Shown here piece after piece: positions 1-21,404 of a stretch of 64,000 nucleotides of DNA; the first letter of the stretch is position 1, and each line of letters opens with the position of its first letter. Below the pieces are notes generated by a model, which was not told the DNA's origin, made no database searches, and saw only the letters and a program-made list of their open reading frames with translations. A program made the position numbers and the translations under genes. The stretch is taken from assembly GCF_009914755.1 (NCBI RefSeq), contig NC_060931.1. One strand, written 5' to 3'. Origin of the DNA: the human T2T-CHM13v2.0 reference genome, Homo sapiens.

Positions 1-1225
1 AACAGAATTTTCTATAACACCACACTTCTTCTCACCTTCTAATGTAGTAAAATGAACACGTTTCCTTAATAGTAACAAGTTCCCAAACGTATAGCCACTC
101 TGTAGCATAAAAAAAAATAAATCAAGTATAGTGTTTGGTAATCAATGTTTCATTATTCATTCTTTTTCAGAAATTACCTAGGTCTTCAATAATTAGCAAT
201 TAATCAACTCAATTTAATATTAATTCAAGGTTTCAAATTACCTGAGGATGTTGGAAATTACCTACTAACAAAGCTAACATACTACAAGGCATACATACTG
301 CTATAAAACCATTTTTCAGAATTATTCAATTTAGCTGAAATTTACATTTTTCATAATCTCAAATGCTATGTAAGAATGAGTTTATTTGAACCAATATGAA
401 ACCAATATGAAAAAGATGAGAAGTTTATGAGAAAAGAAACCAAAATCTTCACACTAACAAACTCAAATGGAAACACATATAGTAATTACTTATGTTTTAA
501 ACCAGAATTATTGACCCAGTTTTTCCAAAGATTTACCTTAACTATGTGAACTTGGATTCTTATATTAATGTTTCTAAGCTAACATTTTTAGTAAGAGGGA
601 TTTTTTTAAACCTTCCATTTTAAAGTGTTAGTTTCCTTATTTTCTGTAAATTTGAGAAATATGAGATTTATATAAGTATCAATTTGTGAAAACTCATCAG
701 ATCACTGCTCCTTTAAGATATTTAATAATATAATCTGGAGGTAATAAAACATTTCATATTTGTACAATGAGATATCAAGGGGGTTTCTGAATCACAGACA
801 CACAGCCCTCCAGACACAGAAAGCTCATAGCTTCAGTCTCAAGTTAAAAATAATCCCAGAAACATTAAAAAAAAATCACTGGTTTAGATCTCAAAGGGCT
901 GTCCTTCTAGGGAACATAAAATTCGTAATTGATTCGTGCTCACAAATAGACAAACATACAAACAATAAAAAAAAGACTATCAAACCAGAATCTCTGTCTC
1001 ACCCAGCAGAGAATAGACCTGTTATCCACCTATGGGAGATCACCAAATAGTCAGATCATAAAACCAAATCCCCAATTATTACTAACACAATTAGATTAAC
1101 AAACCAAGAACAAAGCAAAAATACAACATCTGTAGACATGAAAAAAAAAGAATCTGGAGAAACAGAGAACTGGCAAAGTTAGAGCTCTTATTGCCAACTG
1201 GGATTCTCTCTTGACGTGGGCTTAA

Positions 1226-1519
<294 letters not shown>

Positions 1520-2260
1520 TTGGATCATTTTTCCTAACAATAAAATAAATAATTAAATAAAATTGTCCTACATGGGAGATAAAAGCTTCATGCCCTTGTG
1601 CCCTTGTGCCCTTGGAGAGCAGAAATAGTAAAATCAATTGCTCTTGATGGATGAAAAGACATTCCCTTCCTCTTGCCCAAGACTACAAAGCTATTTCAGG
1701 TCAGGGCCAAGGCTAGAACCTCAGATTTCAACTCCCACCATGCTACGGATGTTCTTTGAAACATTTAAAAGGTCTGGGTTCTTTAAGACAGTATCAAGGC
1801 AGTTCAAATTAATAAAATAGATATAGAGTGTTAACTAACACACAGGCACCTGTTAGAGAAAACTGACTCCCCTAGGGAAGTCAAAGGAGCGTACCACTTT
1901 CTGAGAGGGTGGACAGACATTCAACGTTTGACGTTCACAACAGTAAAATGCCCTATGCAGCTCTCTCTCCCTGATCACCCCCTCCAATATCTCTTTCTGA
2001 AATGGCTCCTTCCACAGACATTGTGGACCCCTTCCTGAAGGAGTTCTTATCTGGCCAGTTCCCATCCTGTCTGGTGACTCAAAGAGGCCACCAGTGAGGG
2101 ACAGACTTAGCTCTAAAAATGAGACACTCGGAGTGATTGGCTCTTCAATTCTCCCCATGCCCACTCTGCAGCGTGGCCAGAGGGTTAGCTTTGCTACTTC
2201 TGCTTCTTATGGTCCCCTCCAATGACTTTGGGATTTTTATTTTAACCTGCTCTGTGCTTA

Positions 2261-2750
<490 letters not shown>

Positions 2751-3182
2751 GTGATCAAGAAGCTATGATAAAACTCATTCAGGTTCCCACCTCCTTATGA
2801 CAATATTTTCCAAACTGCTGGAATATATATTGTTTAACCTTTATACAGAAAAATGAAGCATAGGTACATGGAATGATTGTACCACTTGGTGATATCTTAC
2901 AAGGTGAACATCCTTATAACCACCACCCAGGCCAAGAACTAGAACTTGGCCTAGCTAGCCCAGAAATCCACTTCCTTTCTCCAAAAGTTACCAGCTAAAT
3001 CACAGTTTAAGTGGAGCAGAGTCGAAAATATTAGCAGGCATCAAATGGAGCCAACGATGGTTGTAATCTGGCGTTTTTCTTCCATATTAACTTTTATGTT
3101 AATGTGTGTCTGTGTGTGTATTTGTGTGTATGTTACTGAGTCACAATGTATCACTGTTGGTCACAATCAAAAAAGTTTAACA

Positions 3183-3488
<306 letters not shown>

Positions 3489-4030
3489 TTAATAGCCACT
3501 GCACCAAACTGAATTGTGAGGGAGGGGAAATGAGAGAAAACTCCACGATTTTGTTTGTTCCCTAAAAATGGGCAGACACAGGCTCGGTGTCACGTGTTTC
3601 CCACTTTGTAATGACTACAGCAGCTTCCCTTCTCACCTATCAGAACATTTCAGAAAACATAAAATATTTTTAAAGAACATGAAATATCTGTCCATATTAT
3701 GCAAAAAAATGAATGTGGAATATTATAAAGAAAGCAATTAATCCACACTTAAAACTAATTGCCTAACCCAGTGGGTCTTTAAATTATTCATTAGTGCTAT
3801 TTAAAAATAATTGCAGTTTATGAGGAAAACCCATTATGAATTTCTTTTAAGAACTGAAAAGAAAAGGTTTCCATTTTTATTATTTACCAACTGCTTACGG
3901 CTCTTGAAACCAGACCCATTTTTAGACCAGCTTAATATGCTCATTATCCTGCTGCCCCAATCAAATCATCTTTAACATTTATCATATCAACATTTCACGA
4001 GATTCCCTGTAATGGATTCTGAACTCACAG

Positions 4031-4445
4031 AGAGGACAAAGGTATTGTCCAAAAAGGACATAACCAGCTACTCAGGAGGTTGAGAAGGGAGGATCACCTG
4101 AGCCTGGGAGGTCGAGGCTGCAGTGAGCTGCAGTCGTGCCACTGCACTCCAACCTGGACAACAGAACAAGACCCTATATCAAAAGAAAAGAATATGAAAG
4201 GTATGTTCAAAAAGAAAAAAAAAAATAAGACATTCAGAGGACAAAGGTATTGTCCAAAAAGGACATAACCAGCTACTCAGGAGGTTGAGAAGGGAGGATC
4301 ACCTGAGCCTGGGAGGTCGAGGCTGCAGTGAGCTGCAGTCGTGCCACTGCACTCCAACCTGGACAACAGAACAAGACCCTATATCAAAAGAAAAGAATAT
4401 GAAAGGTATGTTCAAAAAGAAAAAAAAAAAATAAGACATTCAGAG
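4031..4445 (+). repeat. Near-perfect 205-bp tandem duplication containing an AluJ right-arm fragment
   Basis: 4031-4235 equals 4236-4441 except one extra A in an A-run; agag at the boundaries. Confidence 0.95.
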
Positions 4446-4724
4446 AACAAAGCAAGAAACCACTACCAAGATGTAAGAATTTCCTGAGATTAAGTTCATG
4501 CTTATTCCTGCATCTCCAACTGAGTAACCTGGGATTTCCTCATGAGTTTTGCTAAAATTAGTCAAGACTTCTGAATTCTCTCACTGCTGTCTTCATTTAC
4601 TTCATGCCACCAGAAACTAAAACTGAAAAAATAAATAAATAAAATAAAAGACACATGGACAAGTTCACATGAAATGGGACAGAAGGGTTCACAGCCAAAT
4701 TTATTGGAACCAAAGCCCATGTGA

Positions 4725-5452
<728 letters not shown>

Positions 5453-5603
5453 TAGTTTAGTGGTTTTCAAACTGTGTCCCCAGGCATGCAGAAGTAGGAG
5501 CATGAACTGATGAGTTGGCAGGCCTGGGGTCCCCAGCTCCATCTCAATGCCTATCCCCAAGTCTCCATCACCAGAGCCTACTTTGAACCTTTTTAAGATT
5601 TCA

Positions 5604-5814
<211 letters not shown>

Positions 5815-6149
5815 TCAAAATTTACTCTCATGATGTAGATAAGAACACCAAGGCTCTACCCTCTAGCTCCAGGGTGGACCCTTATTAGCTGATGCCAATA
5901 GACTGTATCTCCTACCCCTGACAACAGCAATTGGTTCTGTGATGGGGACCTCACTCATTTGAGGCTAGGAAAGCAAACAGATGTTTTCTGAAACTACTGG
6001 GAAAAGCCATCTCTCTTCAGCTGACTCTGATCTTTCCTTTAAATCTTCCCCTTAACCCTCCCCACAAAATCTTTTCTAATTGGTTGATCATAGATTTTTT
6101 GCATCAGTTTTGTTTTTTACATATAACATCAAAATATTATTTATGCTTT

Positions 6150-6509
6150 TTATTTAATTTTTTATTTTTTCAAATTTCTGTTTATTCATTTTTGGGGGGT
6201 GGGGTGGGGGTAGGGACAAGAACTCACTGTGTCACCCAGGCTGGAGTACAGTAAGTGGAATGATCTTAGCTCACTGCAGCCTCCAGCTCCTGGGCTCAAG
6301 CAATCCCCGTGCCTCAGCCTCCCCAGCTGGGACTACAGACATGAGCCACGATGCCCAGCTAATTCTTTAAATTTAATTTTTTGTAGAGATGGGGGTCTTG
6401 CTATGTCTTTAGGCTGATGTCAAACTCCTGCCCTCAAGCAATCCACCCATCTCCCCACCTCAGCTTCCCAAAGTGCTGGGATTACAGGCCTGAGCCATCC
6501 CATCTGGCC
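6150..6509 (-). mobile_element. AluJ
   Basis: Diverged reverse Alu dimer; G-rich tract in its tail at about 6192-6214. Confidence 0.9.
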
Positions 6510-6689
6510 AAAATATTGTTTATCTTGAGTTGTTTTTGGCAGCTCTCCTCTTAAATTTGGCATCTCAGACAAGTGCCTCAATCCCCTAGGCTTAGTCCCT
6601 GCCCTGTCGGGATATGGAGCCCATGGTTGCCACAACTTTTTTTTTCCCCACTTTGAGGAGACACTTTGGACTTGATATGGAACTACCAC

Positions 6690-6890
6690 ATAGAGCTTTC
6701 AGAGGAAGTCATCATTACATAAGACCAAGAGAAACCAGGTCCTAGTTATTTGAGCTGCTAGATCAAGCCTTGCCTGAAGCCACCATACCACTTGACAATT
6801 CACAAGAATTGGCGAATTCTCTTTACTCTATAAGCCAACTTGAATTGTTTTATTTGAACTGTAACTGAAATAATGCAAACTGATGCAATG
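6690..6890 (+). mobile_element. MLT1-type MaLR LTR fragment
   Basis: gctgctagatcaagccttgcctgaagcc...taagccaacttgaattg...aactgatgca resembles an MLT1J/K 3' end. Confidence 0.6.
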
Positions 6891-7125
6891 ACCAGTTACA
6901 CGGGGTTAGCCCTTGAATGTCTTGTTGCTTTCAATGTGTGGTCAATTAAACAGAGCCAACATACCCTTGATGGCTATGGTCAACTTTCAGCAGTTTTCAT
7001 TGTAGAGTAAAATTTTATTCTATCACTTATGCGGGCCCTTTTATGCACCAGGCACTGTGATAAACACTCCATATATATTTTATGAAATATTGAGCTCCCA
7101 TCAAAAAATATATATATCAACTGGG

Positions 7126-7437
<312 letters not shown>

Positions 7438-7580
7438 TCAGCTGGTACTATTATTACCCACATTTTAGAGGAAGGGAAATGAATGAATAAGGAAAAGAGC
7501 AACATGTACAAGGTCACTTGAGCAGTTGCAGAGCAGGAATTCACAGCCAAAATTGTCTGAACCAAAGCCTGTGTTTCTTA

Positions 7581-8242
<662 letters not shown>

Positions 8243-9959
8243 CTATGTAATAGATGCTCAATAGGTATCTGAGGAATGAATGAGTGAGTGAATGAATGAA
8301 TAAGTCTATTAATTAATTGAAAGGTGAAGTGTTAGGCATTTTGATGCACCTTCATTTCATTTGCATTGACCCCTCTCCATAAATAGAGTGCAAAATTGCA
8401 GCCTCTTTAGGTTAAGTTTCACTTAATACAGGTGTTTCTATTAAAGGACATGGTTCTCAGGGGTGCATGTCATCAACATGATTGAATACAAATTTCTGAA
8501 AAAAAAAAAACACAGAGATAGAATAATAGCTATCCATCTGAAAAAGTCCCATGGCAAATCAGGTCTCCTGACTTCAAAGGGCTTGAGAAGGAATCAAACC
8601 AGGTCAAGGACTTGAAAATGTCTTGAAAAATATAAGGCAATACACAACTGATGATTAGTATGCTTTTAGATTTATTATCTTCATTCAAAGACTTACCATA
8701 CAAAAAGCCTGCATTGAATGCTAAATTTCTTTTACTCTAAGACCTAGAGCGATCACTTGATGAGTACGTCTCTAAGACAAAATCAATGCAATGTTAAGCC
8801 ATAAGTTTATCTGACAAAGGTAAATATCACAGTACAGAGTTCCAGGTTTTTAGCATCCTTACCCAAAGCAATAAATAAACAGACTCCTCCCAAAGTAAAG
8901 ATGGAAATATAATTATTCAGTCTCTTCATGTTAGATTTGCCCAGAAATTGAAATATTGTTAGCAAACACAGATTTAAATTTTGTGCTCCAATGAATTGGT
9001 AGATCTCTTAGTTTATTGTATTGATTTCTCTACATTCTACCACAGGGAAATTATGCAGACTCTTAGAGTACATGAAAAGAATACTGATAATTATGGAATT
9101 TGCTGCTTAGCTTGAAGATAATTTCATGAAACTCTTCCGATCTATTGGCATGGTGGCCCGTGTGTGAGTGTATCGCTGCTGTTCTCAAGACCTGTGATCT
9201 GACGCATGTTCTAAGTGTGTTTGAAACTCTGAGCTAATTATTCAATTCAGCAAATAAAGTCAGCCCAGACAGTTTAGCCTACGGGGCTGGTTGTTTAACA
9301 CATTTAAGTCATCCTATAGTCCGAGGCTGGGGGTCACAATACAGTCTGCTCCCAATCCCACTGGCAGGACAAAAGTGCCTCTTCATAAAATGGAAACCCC
9401 AGGGGTCCACCCCAGATCTGTAGGATAAGCATCGGAACCCAGGGCATCTCTATTTAAATGAGCCCTTCAGGTGCCTCTCCTGCACAGCCAGGTGAAGAAA
9501 ACACTTCTATGTTCATAACAGCACAGAATCCAGTAGGGACCAAGATAATTCATTCCTTTGTTTTGTCTGCATGATGCTCCATATAACTGCTTTCATTTTA
9601 TATTTTGTTGATTTTTTACAAGACCCGTTGGACCCCCTGGCTGCTATAATGTCACAGAGCGACAGGCTCAGAGGCTTTGCTTCAATCTGGAAAAAACAAC
9701 CATGCTTAGGATTTGAGAGAATTGTATTTATCACAGAGTCTTAGAGTGTGTCTGTTTCAGGCCGCCCATCTGCATTCCCTGTAGTGGTTCTTCCCCACTG
9801 AGGTTCAAAGTCGTCTCTCTGTTATAAATAATAACCCTTCAATTTTATGAAGACAGTAAATCTCTCAGTGAGACTCTAAACACCTCTTTTCACCTGACCA
9901 TCCAGACAAAAAAAAAAAAAACACTAATGGAGGGCAATGGAAAGCATACAGGCTTTTAA

Positions 9960-11262
9960 CTAAAAATAGAACTACCATTTGATCTGGCAAACCCACTACT
10001 GGATATAGATACCCAGAGGAAAAGAAGTCATTATACAAAAAAGATACTTGCACACGCATGTTTATAGCCTCACAATTCGCAGTTGCAAAAATGTGGAACC
10101 AGCCCAAATGCCCATCAATCAACAAGTGGATAAAGAATCTGATAAATATATATATACACACACATATATATATAATATACATATACATATGTATATATAA
10201 TACATATATACACATATATGTATACATACATACACATATATACACATGCGTATGTATACATATACACATATGTATATATGTATATATGTATAATATATTC
10301 AGTATATAATATATACACATATGTATATATTATACATACACACACGTGTATATATTATACATACACACACACGTGTGTGTATATTGTACATACACGCACA
10401 CGTGTGTGTATATTGTACATACACGCACACGTGTGTATATTGTACATATATACACATATACATGTATGCATATATACACATATACATGTATGCATATATA
10501 CTCATATATAGTATAATATACATATGTGTATATGTATATTATACATATACACATATGTGCATATGTATATATAATACATATTATATGTGTATACATATAC
10601 ATATACACATATATGTGTATATGTGTATATATAATACATATGTATATACATATACATATACACATATATCTGTATATGCATATATATAAACATATATGTA
10701 TTATAATATATGTTATAATATATTATAAATGTACTATAGTATATGTATGTATCATATTATATATGTATGTATGATATATATGTATAAATAATACATATTA
10801 TATGTATTATAATACATATCATAATGTATTATAAATGTATTATAATATATGTATGTATAATATAATATATGTATGTATGATATATATGTATAAATGATGG
10901 AATACTACTCAGTCATAAAAAGGAATGAATTAATGGCATTTGTAGCAACTTGGATGGAATTGGAGACTTATTCTAAGGGAAGTAACTCAGGAATGGAAAA
11001 CCAAACATCGTATGTTCTCACTCATAAGTGGGAGCTAAGCTATGAGGATGCAAAGGCATAAGAATGACACAATGGACTTGGGGGACTCTGGAGGAAAGTG
11101 TAGGAAGGGGGTGAGGGATAAAAGACTACAAATTGGGTGCAGTGTATACTGTTGGGGTGATGGGTGCAACAAAATCTCACAAATCACCGCTGAAGAACTT
11201 AACTCATGTAACTACCACCTGTTTCCCAATAATCTATGGAAATAATTTAAAAAAAAAAAAAA
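9960..11262 (+). mobile_element. L1PB1-like 5'-truncated LINE-1 3' end
   Basis: ORF2 C-terminus and 3'UTR (gatgcaaaggcataagaatga...aaagactacaaattgggtgcagtgtatactg), A-tail, 20-bp TSD gaaag(c/t)a(t/c)acaggcttttaa at 9940-9959 and 11263-11282. Confidence 0.92.
10143..10895. repeat. About 750-bp complex (TA/CA/TG)n microsatellite inside the L1PB
   Basis: Mostly alternating purine-pyrimidine sequence; source of the YI/CI-rich ORFs. Confidence 0.97.
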
Positions 11263-11600
11263 GAAAGTACACAGGCTTTTAATCCTGCACTTACTAGCTG
11301 GTAGATTTTGGGCCCGTGATGAAAATTAAATAAGATAATCCACATAAAATATATGCACTAGATAAACAATAGCTATTAGGATCATCAGTATTACTAAGTG
11401 ATGTTTTCTGGGACTCTGAAAACTCTAAAGCTTTTATATTTCATGTGGTCTGACCTACCATTTTCTTACAGCAAGTGCGGCTATACCTTCAGATATGATT
11501 TGGCCAGAGAAGAGCTAAATAAACATATTACTTGGGGTTTTTAAAATTTATTTTATTTTTGTTTTTATTTATTTTATTTTTGTTTAAGATTGGGGAGGTT

Positions 11601-11958
<358 letters not shown>

Positions 11959-11984
11959 TTATTTCTAGACACCCCACTTTATAT

Positions 11985-12341
<357 letters not shown>

Positions 12342-12419
12342 TGAGAAGGGAAATTCTGGAAATCCAGTCATTATCATATGAGAAATTGCTTTGGAAACTG
12401 GTGTTCTCATGTTTCTCAT

Positions 12420-12550
12420 GGCCGAGTGGGGTGGCTCACATGTATAATACCAGAACTTTGGGAGACTGAGGCAGAAGGATCATTTGAAGTCAGGAGCTGG
12501 AGACTAGCCTGGACTGTTTCTACAAAGAAAGTAAAAAAGAAAAGAAAGAA
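12420..12550 (+). mobile_element. Alu left monomer/FLAM, partially deleted
   Basis: ggccgagtggggtggctcacatgtataat...A-rich tail. Confidence 0.8.
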
Positions 12551-13181
12551 ACTGGCGTTCTCAGCTAGGAAAAGAAAAGCCATAGGGGAAGGTAAGACAG
12601 TGGTCTTCAAATATCTGAATGGCTGTTTCATAGATGTAGAATATGATTTACTGAGATGACCTCAAGTAATGCAATTAGAACGCGGGCACTCGAGATGATC
12701 TGTACGGCCTCCCAGCGCAGTCTAAGGTGACTGGAGTCCAGGAGTTTCCTTCACTGAGCTCTCTGCCTCTACCCAGACTGAAAAGAAATGTGTGTTAATT
12801 TTTAAACAGTCATAGTACAGCGCTGTTCTTTCTGAATATTCAAATGTGGCTGAGACTCTTGCTGGAAACGGGTAGCCTGCAAATTAGAGATGAACCACTG
12901 TAATTCACATGAGGAAAACAACCCCAAAGACAATGACATATGAGCAGTGGCAAGCAGGATGCCTCAGTAAATTATTTAAAGGGGTCTAAAAAGCATGATT
13001 TTCAGGCATCAGGCTCTGCACAGTCTGTTGAGAGCTTTCACCCTGAATATCATGATTATCAGTAAGATGCAGGGGAGGTCCACCAACAAACGGCCCTGGC
13101 TGCTCAACAAAACCCTCGTCCACAAACCGAAATCCAGTCCAGAGCAAAGCAGGGATTTTCCTTAATCCAAAAAGCAGACAA

Positions 13182-13448
13182 GCCGTGTGCAGTGGCTCAT
13201 GCTGTAATCCCAGCAAGATGGGAGGCTGAGGCAGGAGGATCCCTGGAGGCCGGGAGTTCGAGACCGGGCTGGAAGCCCAGGTTTGATTGGCATTTTGGCC
13301 ACCACTGCCTAATAGCACTCATTTAGACATTTGGCTGCCTCAGGAGGAGGAGAAGCAGGTTGGAGTTTCAGTGTCACCTCTAGCACTTTTACCCAGACCA
13401 GCCTGGGCAACATAGTGAGACACCATCTCTACAAAAAAAAAAAAAATA
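13182..13448 (+). mobile_element. FLAM-type Alu monomer interrupted by a 118-bp non-Alu insert
   Basis: 14-bp TSD caaaaagcagacaa at 13168-13181 and 13449-13462; insert at 13274-13391. Confidence 0.9.
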
Positions 13449-13731
13449 CAAAAAGCAGACAATTGTTTAACAAACAGCAAATCAACTTTTTATTAAACTT
13501 GATTTTCATGATGCATGATGCAGTAGATAGGGAACCCTCAAATATCTAAGCTTATTCCATAGACATAAAACAACTTGTGTTTTGCTTGGTACTAATGCCA
13601 CTGAATTAAAACAGCTTTTCTGAGAAAAGCAAAGTCTAACAAAATACTTTTTTTATCCCATACTTCAAAAATAAATGAGTGGGCTCATCTATTTACAAGG
13701 AAAGTAAACGAATTTACAAATAAACTTATGA

Positions 13732-14050
<319 letters not shown>

Positions 14051-14320
14051 TCATTTCATTTATTTTCTAATCGCAAACCGTTTGCGGGAGTGCCATTTTT
14101 TGGAGGAAAATAGTGGGATGCAGAGGGGTTACACTTCTTGCCTGAATCATGCAATAAAAGTGGCAGAGGTGACACTGAAACTCCAACCTGCTTTTCCTCC
14201 TCCTGAGGCAGCCAAATGTCTAATGGAGTGCTATTAGGCAGTGGTGGCCAAAATGCCAATCAAGCCTGGGCTAACCTAAGGCAACAGAATAAACTCGAGG
14301 AGGGTAGCATGTTAAGAAGC

Positions 14321-14722
<402 letters not shown>

Positions 14723-15062
14723 TCAGAACATTAACCTTGGCATTTGCAAAGTTAACCTTGGTTTCCCAATCTCATGCATGACCTGGAAGGTCCACAGCAA
14801 GGTCACCAATTAGACCCCCACACAGCCCCACCAGTTTGCACAACTCCAAGGAACATGATCGACGTAGACAGCAGTATGGGTGGTACCTTCCAGAGTCATA
14901 TGGTGCGGGAGACCTGTAGGAGTCGTTGTCATATTAACAGATGCTATAGCTAGTGAACAGCCTAGCTCACTTCCTAGCATCTGTATCTTGATGTGGACTT
15001 GTTGCTTTCTCTATTTAATCCAAATATGCCATGGCGCTTGCAATGTGTAAGGTATCTCATAT

Positions 15063-15361
15063 CTTTTTTGCTTTTGAGTTTGGATCTTGCTCCATTGCCC
15101 AGGCAAGAGTGCAGTGCTGCGACCATGGCTCACTGTGCCCTTGACCTCCTGGGCTCAAGCAATCCTCCCACCTCAGCCTCCCAGAGAGTATCTGGGACTA
15201 CAGGCACACACCACCATGCCCAGTTAGTTTTTAAAATTTTTTGTAGAGATGAGGTTTCCCTGTGTTGCCCAGGCTGGTCTCAAACTACTGAACTCAAGCA
15301 ATTCTCCCACTTCAGCCTCCAAAAGTGCTGAGATTACAGGCAGGAGCCACCATGCTGGGCC
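15063..15361 (-). mobile_element. AluJ
   Basis: Reverse Alu dimer. Confidence 0.9.
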
Positions 15362-15934
15362 CTCATGTCTTTTCAGGGAAAAAAAGACCCCATTTACAAT
15401 TGCCAATATGAATAATAGGAATAAAAAGAAAGTGAAGTGTTAGATAAATCCAAGGGTAAAATATCAAATTTGGTAATTGCTTGAAGCCACCAAATACTCC
15501 ATAAGGGAAAGTAATTTCTGAAACTGTTCAATGAGTGTTTCAACAAGAATTTATTTTAATTGCTTCATAAATTGCTTTAATCCTATATTTAGGGAATCAT
15601 TAGGGGCCTGAAAGGGTCACTTAAAATTTTCACTTATGCTTAACTAAATTTTATGGAGAAAATTACATGTTTTAATAGTATTCACAGAATTGTGGACTTG
15701 TAAAGGTCTCAAGATTTGTCCTTCCAAAATAGCAAAGGTCTGTGACTCAATATCACTTAATTTTCACAATAGCCCCATGAAGGAAGTATAATTATTCGCA
15801 TATTACAGATGAGACAGCTGACCCTCAAAGAGTTTGAATTATTTGCCAAGTAAGCAATTTGAAGGAAAGATCCTGCGTTCTTCACCTTTCCATTCCCAGG
15901 ATCTGGCAGAGGACAGATATTCCAGATGTTACTC

Positions 15935-17055
<1,121 letters not shown>

Positions 17056-17744
17056 TAGATTTAATGGTGTACACTAAAGTATGCAGTAACCCATGTGTTA
17101 AATGAATGTTGAGTGGAGATCATGAAAGTAGGAAGAGGTAGATTCAGGATTCTTGGAGCCCAGAAGCCAAAGTCAAAAGGAAGATCTAGGAAAGTAACAT
17201 CCCAGCTACGGACTGACCTTTAATGGAGTTTCCTCATGGCTCAGTTCTTAAAGGAGCTCTTTGTCCTCAAGCCACCGTATGCCAGGATCTGTACACCTCT
17301 GAGTGTCCCACCATGCCTCTCTGCCAGCAGTGTGTATGGAATCTGGGTCCCTCTCCTCCAATGAATATAATTAGTTGCGTTTCTATTTTGCTTCCTTCCT
17401 CCAAAACCCATCAAAGCAAGGGCCACCTGAGGAAAGAAAATTTCATCTTGCATAAAACCAGATTTATCTTCATTCTTTGCCCAACAATACAATGAAAGCC
17501 CAAGTGATTTTTCCACATTTGGTAACACTTAGAAGCTTTTCATCAGTGCAAGAATAAAAAGGAGAACTATTTTCCTCATTTCTGTTTACTGCAGTGATAC
17601 AGCTGAAAGAAAACAATTTGACTCTATAAAGCACTGAGATGTTTTTCACTTGAAACAAGCACCAAAGTCTCAGTCGTTTATCCAGAATCACAGCCTCCCT
17701 GAGATGAAAGGAGCCTAAGAGATCATCAAGTCAGTGTGACATGA

Positions 17745-18499
<755 letters not shown>

Positions 18500-18649
18500 T
18501 GACTGCTTAGGCTAATGCTATAGTCATTTGTAAAAAACAAAAGTGAGGTGATTTCAGAAAAAGTAAGTAAGTAAGCAACAGCCCAGGTGTCATGCAGATA
18601 TGACAAAAATTGTGAAAGGGATACATGAAGATTGGCCATTAGCTATCAC

Positions 18650-19215
18650 TCCTGCCAGGGTCCTGGCAGGAAAAAGAATTCACTCTCCCCCTCCCCACTG
18701 GTAATGATTCAAATGAAGAGACTTCAATGAAGGCAATATTTAGGGAGTTGTGGGCAGGGATAAGAAAACCAAGCAAGATGGTGTAGCACCCAGAGACTCG
18801 CTACAGGAGGGAGCTGTTACTACCCCTAAGGCTGAAGGGGCAAGAGAAGGAAAATGTGTGAGCAGAGGGCTATGGAAGAGAGGTGGCCTGGTAAGAACCC
18901 ACACAGGGCACTGGGGAGAAGGAGCAGGGAAGAAATCGCTCAACCTCTCCTCCTGCCCTCCCAACTCCCTTCTGGTCTTCCCATTGGCCAAACCCAAGCA
19001 GAAAACAGAGACAAAGGAACCAGGCAAGCTCACTGATAGGAACCAGCCTCCAGTAGTGCACTGCTCACTGCCTTCCATTTGCCAAATCTAGCAGAAAGCT
19101 AGCTTGCAAGGGAGCCTGGGAAATGTAGTTTTCAAGGTCCAGTGCCTTGTTACCCAGACCAGAGCTGGGGAAGGGTGGGAAGTAAACTTGAAAGCAAATA
19201 GGCAAATGATCTTCA
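18650..19215 (-). mobile_element. Ancient ERVL/MaLR-type LTR (LTR33-like)
   Basis: Starts cagggtcctggcagg, matching the reverse complement of the LTR33-like end near 37540; family uncertain. Confidence 0.45.
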
Positions 19216-19799
19216 CATTGCCCACTCTAGCTTATCCTTCAGTCTCCAGTGTACTTGCCGCCTCCACAGGGAGGCCTTCCCCTGAAACTCTAGAGAAGTC
19301 ATCCCAGTCCTCTATCACACCACCTCCTTGTTATTTTCCTGCATAGTGTTTAACAGTGATAAATACATTTACTGTTGCCTGTTTAATTTTTCCCTATGTC
19401 TCCCTGGTTGACACACTTCTTTATTGTAGAATACATACTCAATAAGTATTTATTGTAAGTAAAAGGAAGAGAAAAAAGGAACATATAAAAAATGCATCTG
19501 AGGACAAAAAAATTCAATAGAAAACTTTATGCTCAAAGTATAAAAAAATCATCAAAGCATGATGCCACAGAAAATGAAAGACAGGAACTAGCATTTTTGT
19601 TTTTTCCCATCCCAAGCCCAGTGAGGAAGATTTTGGAACTATCTAATCTAAAGCTGCAGCCAAATTCTGATTTATTCTTGGTTTATTCTAAGGAAGGTAG
19701 TGCACAATCTGAATACCTAAAAGTCCATGTTTCCACACACAAAAGAACAGATGAGAGAGTCGTTATTTGCCTCCACCTCCACTGCCAATATAGATTTTC

Positions 19800-20185
19800 T
19801 AAAAAGCATGAATTAAACTCATGGAAATAGAGAGTAGAAGGATGATTCCCGGAGTCTGGGAAGGATAGTGGGGAGGACGGGGGGAAGTGGGGATGGTTAA
19901 TGGGCATAAAACTACAGATAGAATGAATAAGGTCTACTATTTGATAGCATAATAAGTGACTACAGTCAACAATAATCTATTGCGCATTTTTAAATAATCA
20001 GAGGAGCATCATTGGAATGTTTGTAATACCAAGAAATGATAAATGCTTGAGACGATGGATACCCCATCTACCGTGATGTGATTATTATTAGACTCTGTAT
20101 GCCTGTATCAAAATATCTCATGTACCCTATAAATATATATATATACACCTACTGTGTACTCATAAAACTGAAATATTAAAAATTA
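19800..20185 (+). mobile_element. L1MA 3' end
   Basis: aaactcatggaaatagagagtagaagg...tgcctgtatcaaaatatctcatgtaccctataaat. Confidence 0.85.
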
Positions 20186-20494
20186 ACACAAAATCATACT
20201 TTAAAGAAAAAGATGTGTACCCCAGTTATAGCCATTTGTCCTCTGGTATTTGAACATTCATCTTCCGGCTGGTTCTAGCACATGAAGGTTAGGTGCCACA
20301 TTAGGGAGGTATCACCAGTAAGTACTCCATGTCCCAAGATCAAGGTTATTCTTGGCAGTATGTCCTGATTACGACTGAACAGCTCGGATGAGTAAGAGCT
20401 CACTTTTTTATTACTATTTCAAGCATTTTTGCATGACCTGAAAACAATAATCAAAGGATAACTCCAGATAAATAAGCAAAATGTGTCCCTCATA

Positions 20495-21325
<831 letters not shown>

Positions 21326-21404
21326 TTTTTAATTTTTTCTCTTAGTTTTACTTTTAATTGACAAGTAATATTTGAAATATATTTATGGGGTACAATATGA
21401 GCTG

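Noticed and set aside
9865-10774. Cluster of Y/I/C/H-rich ORFs on both strands
   Set aside because: Translation of a TA/CA microsatellite.
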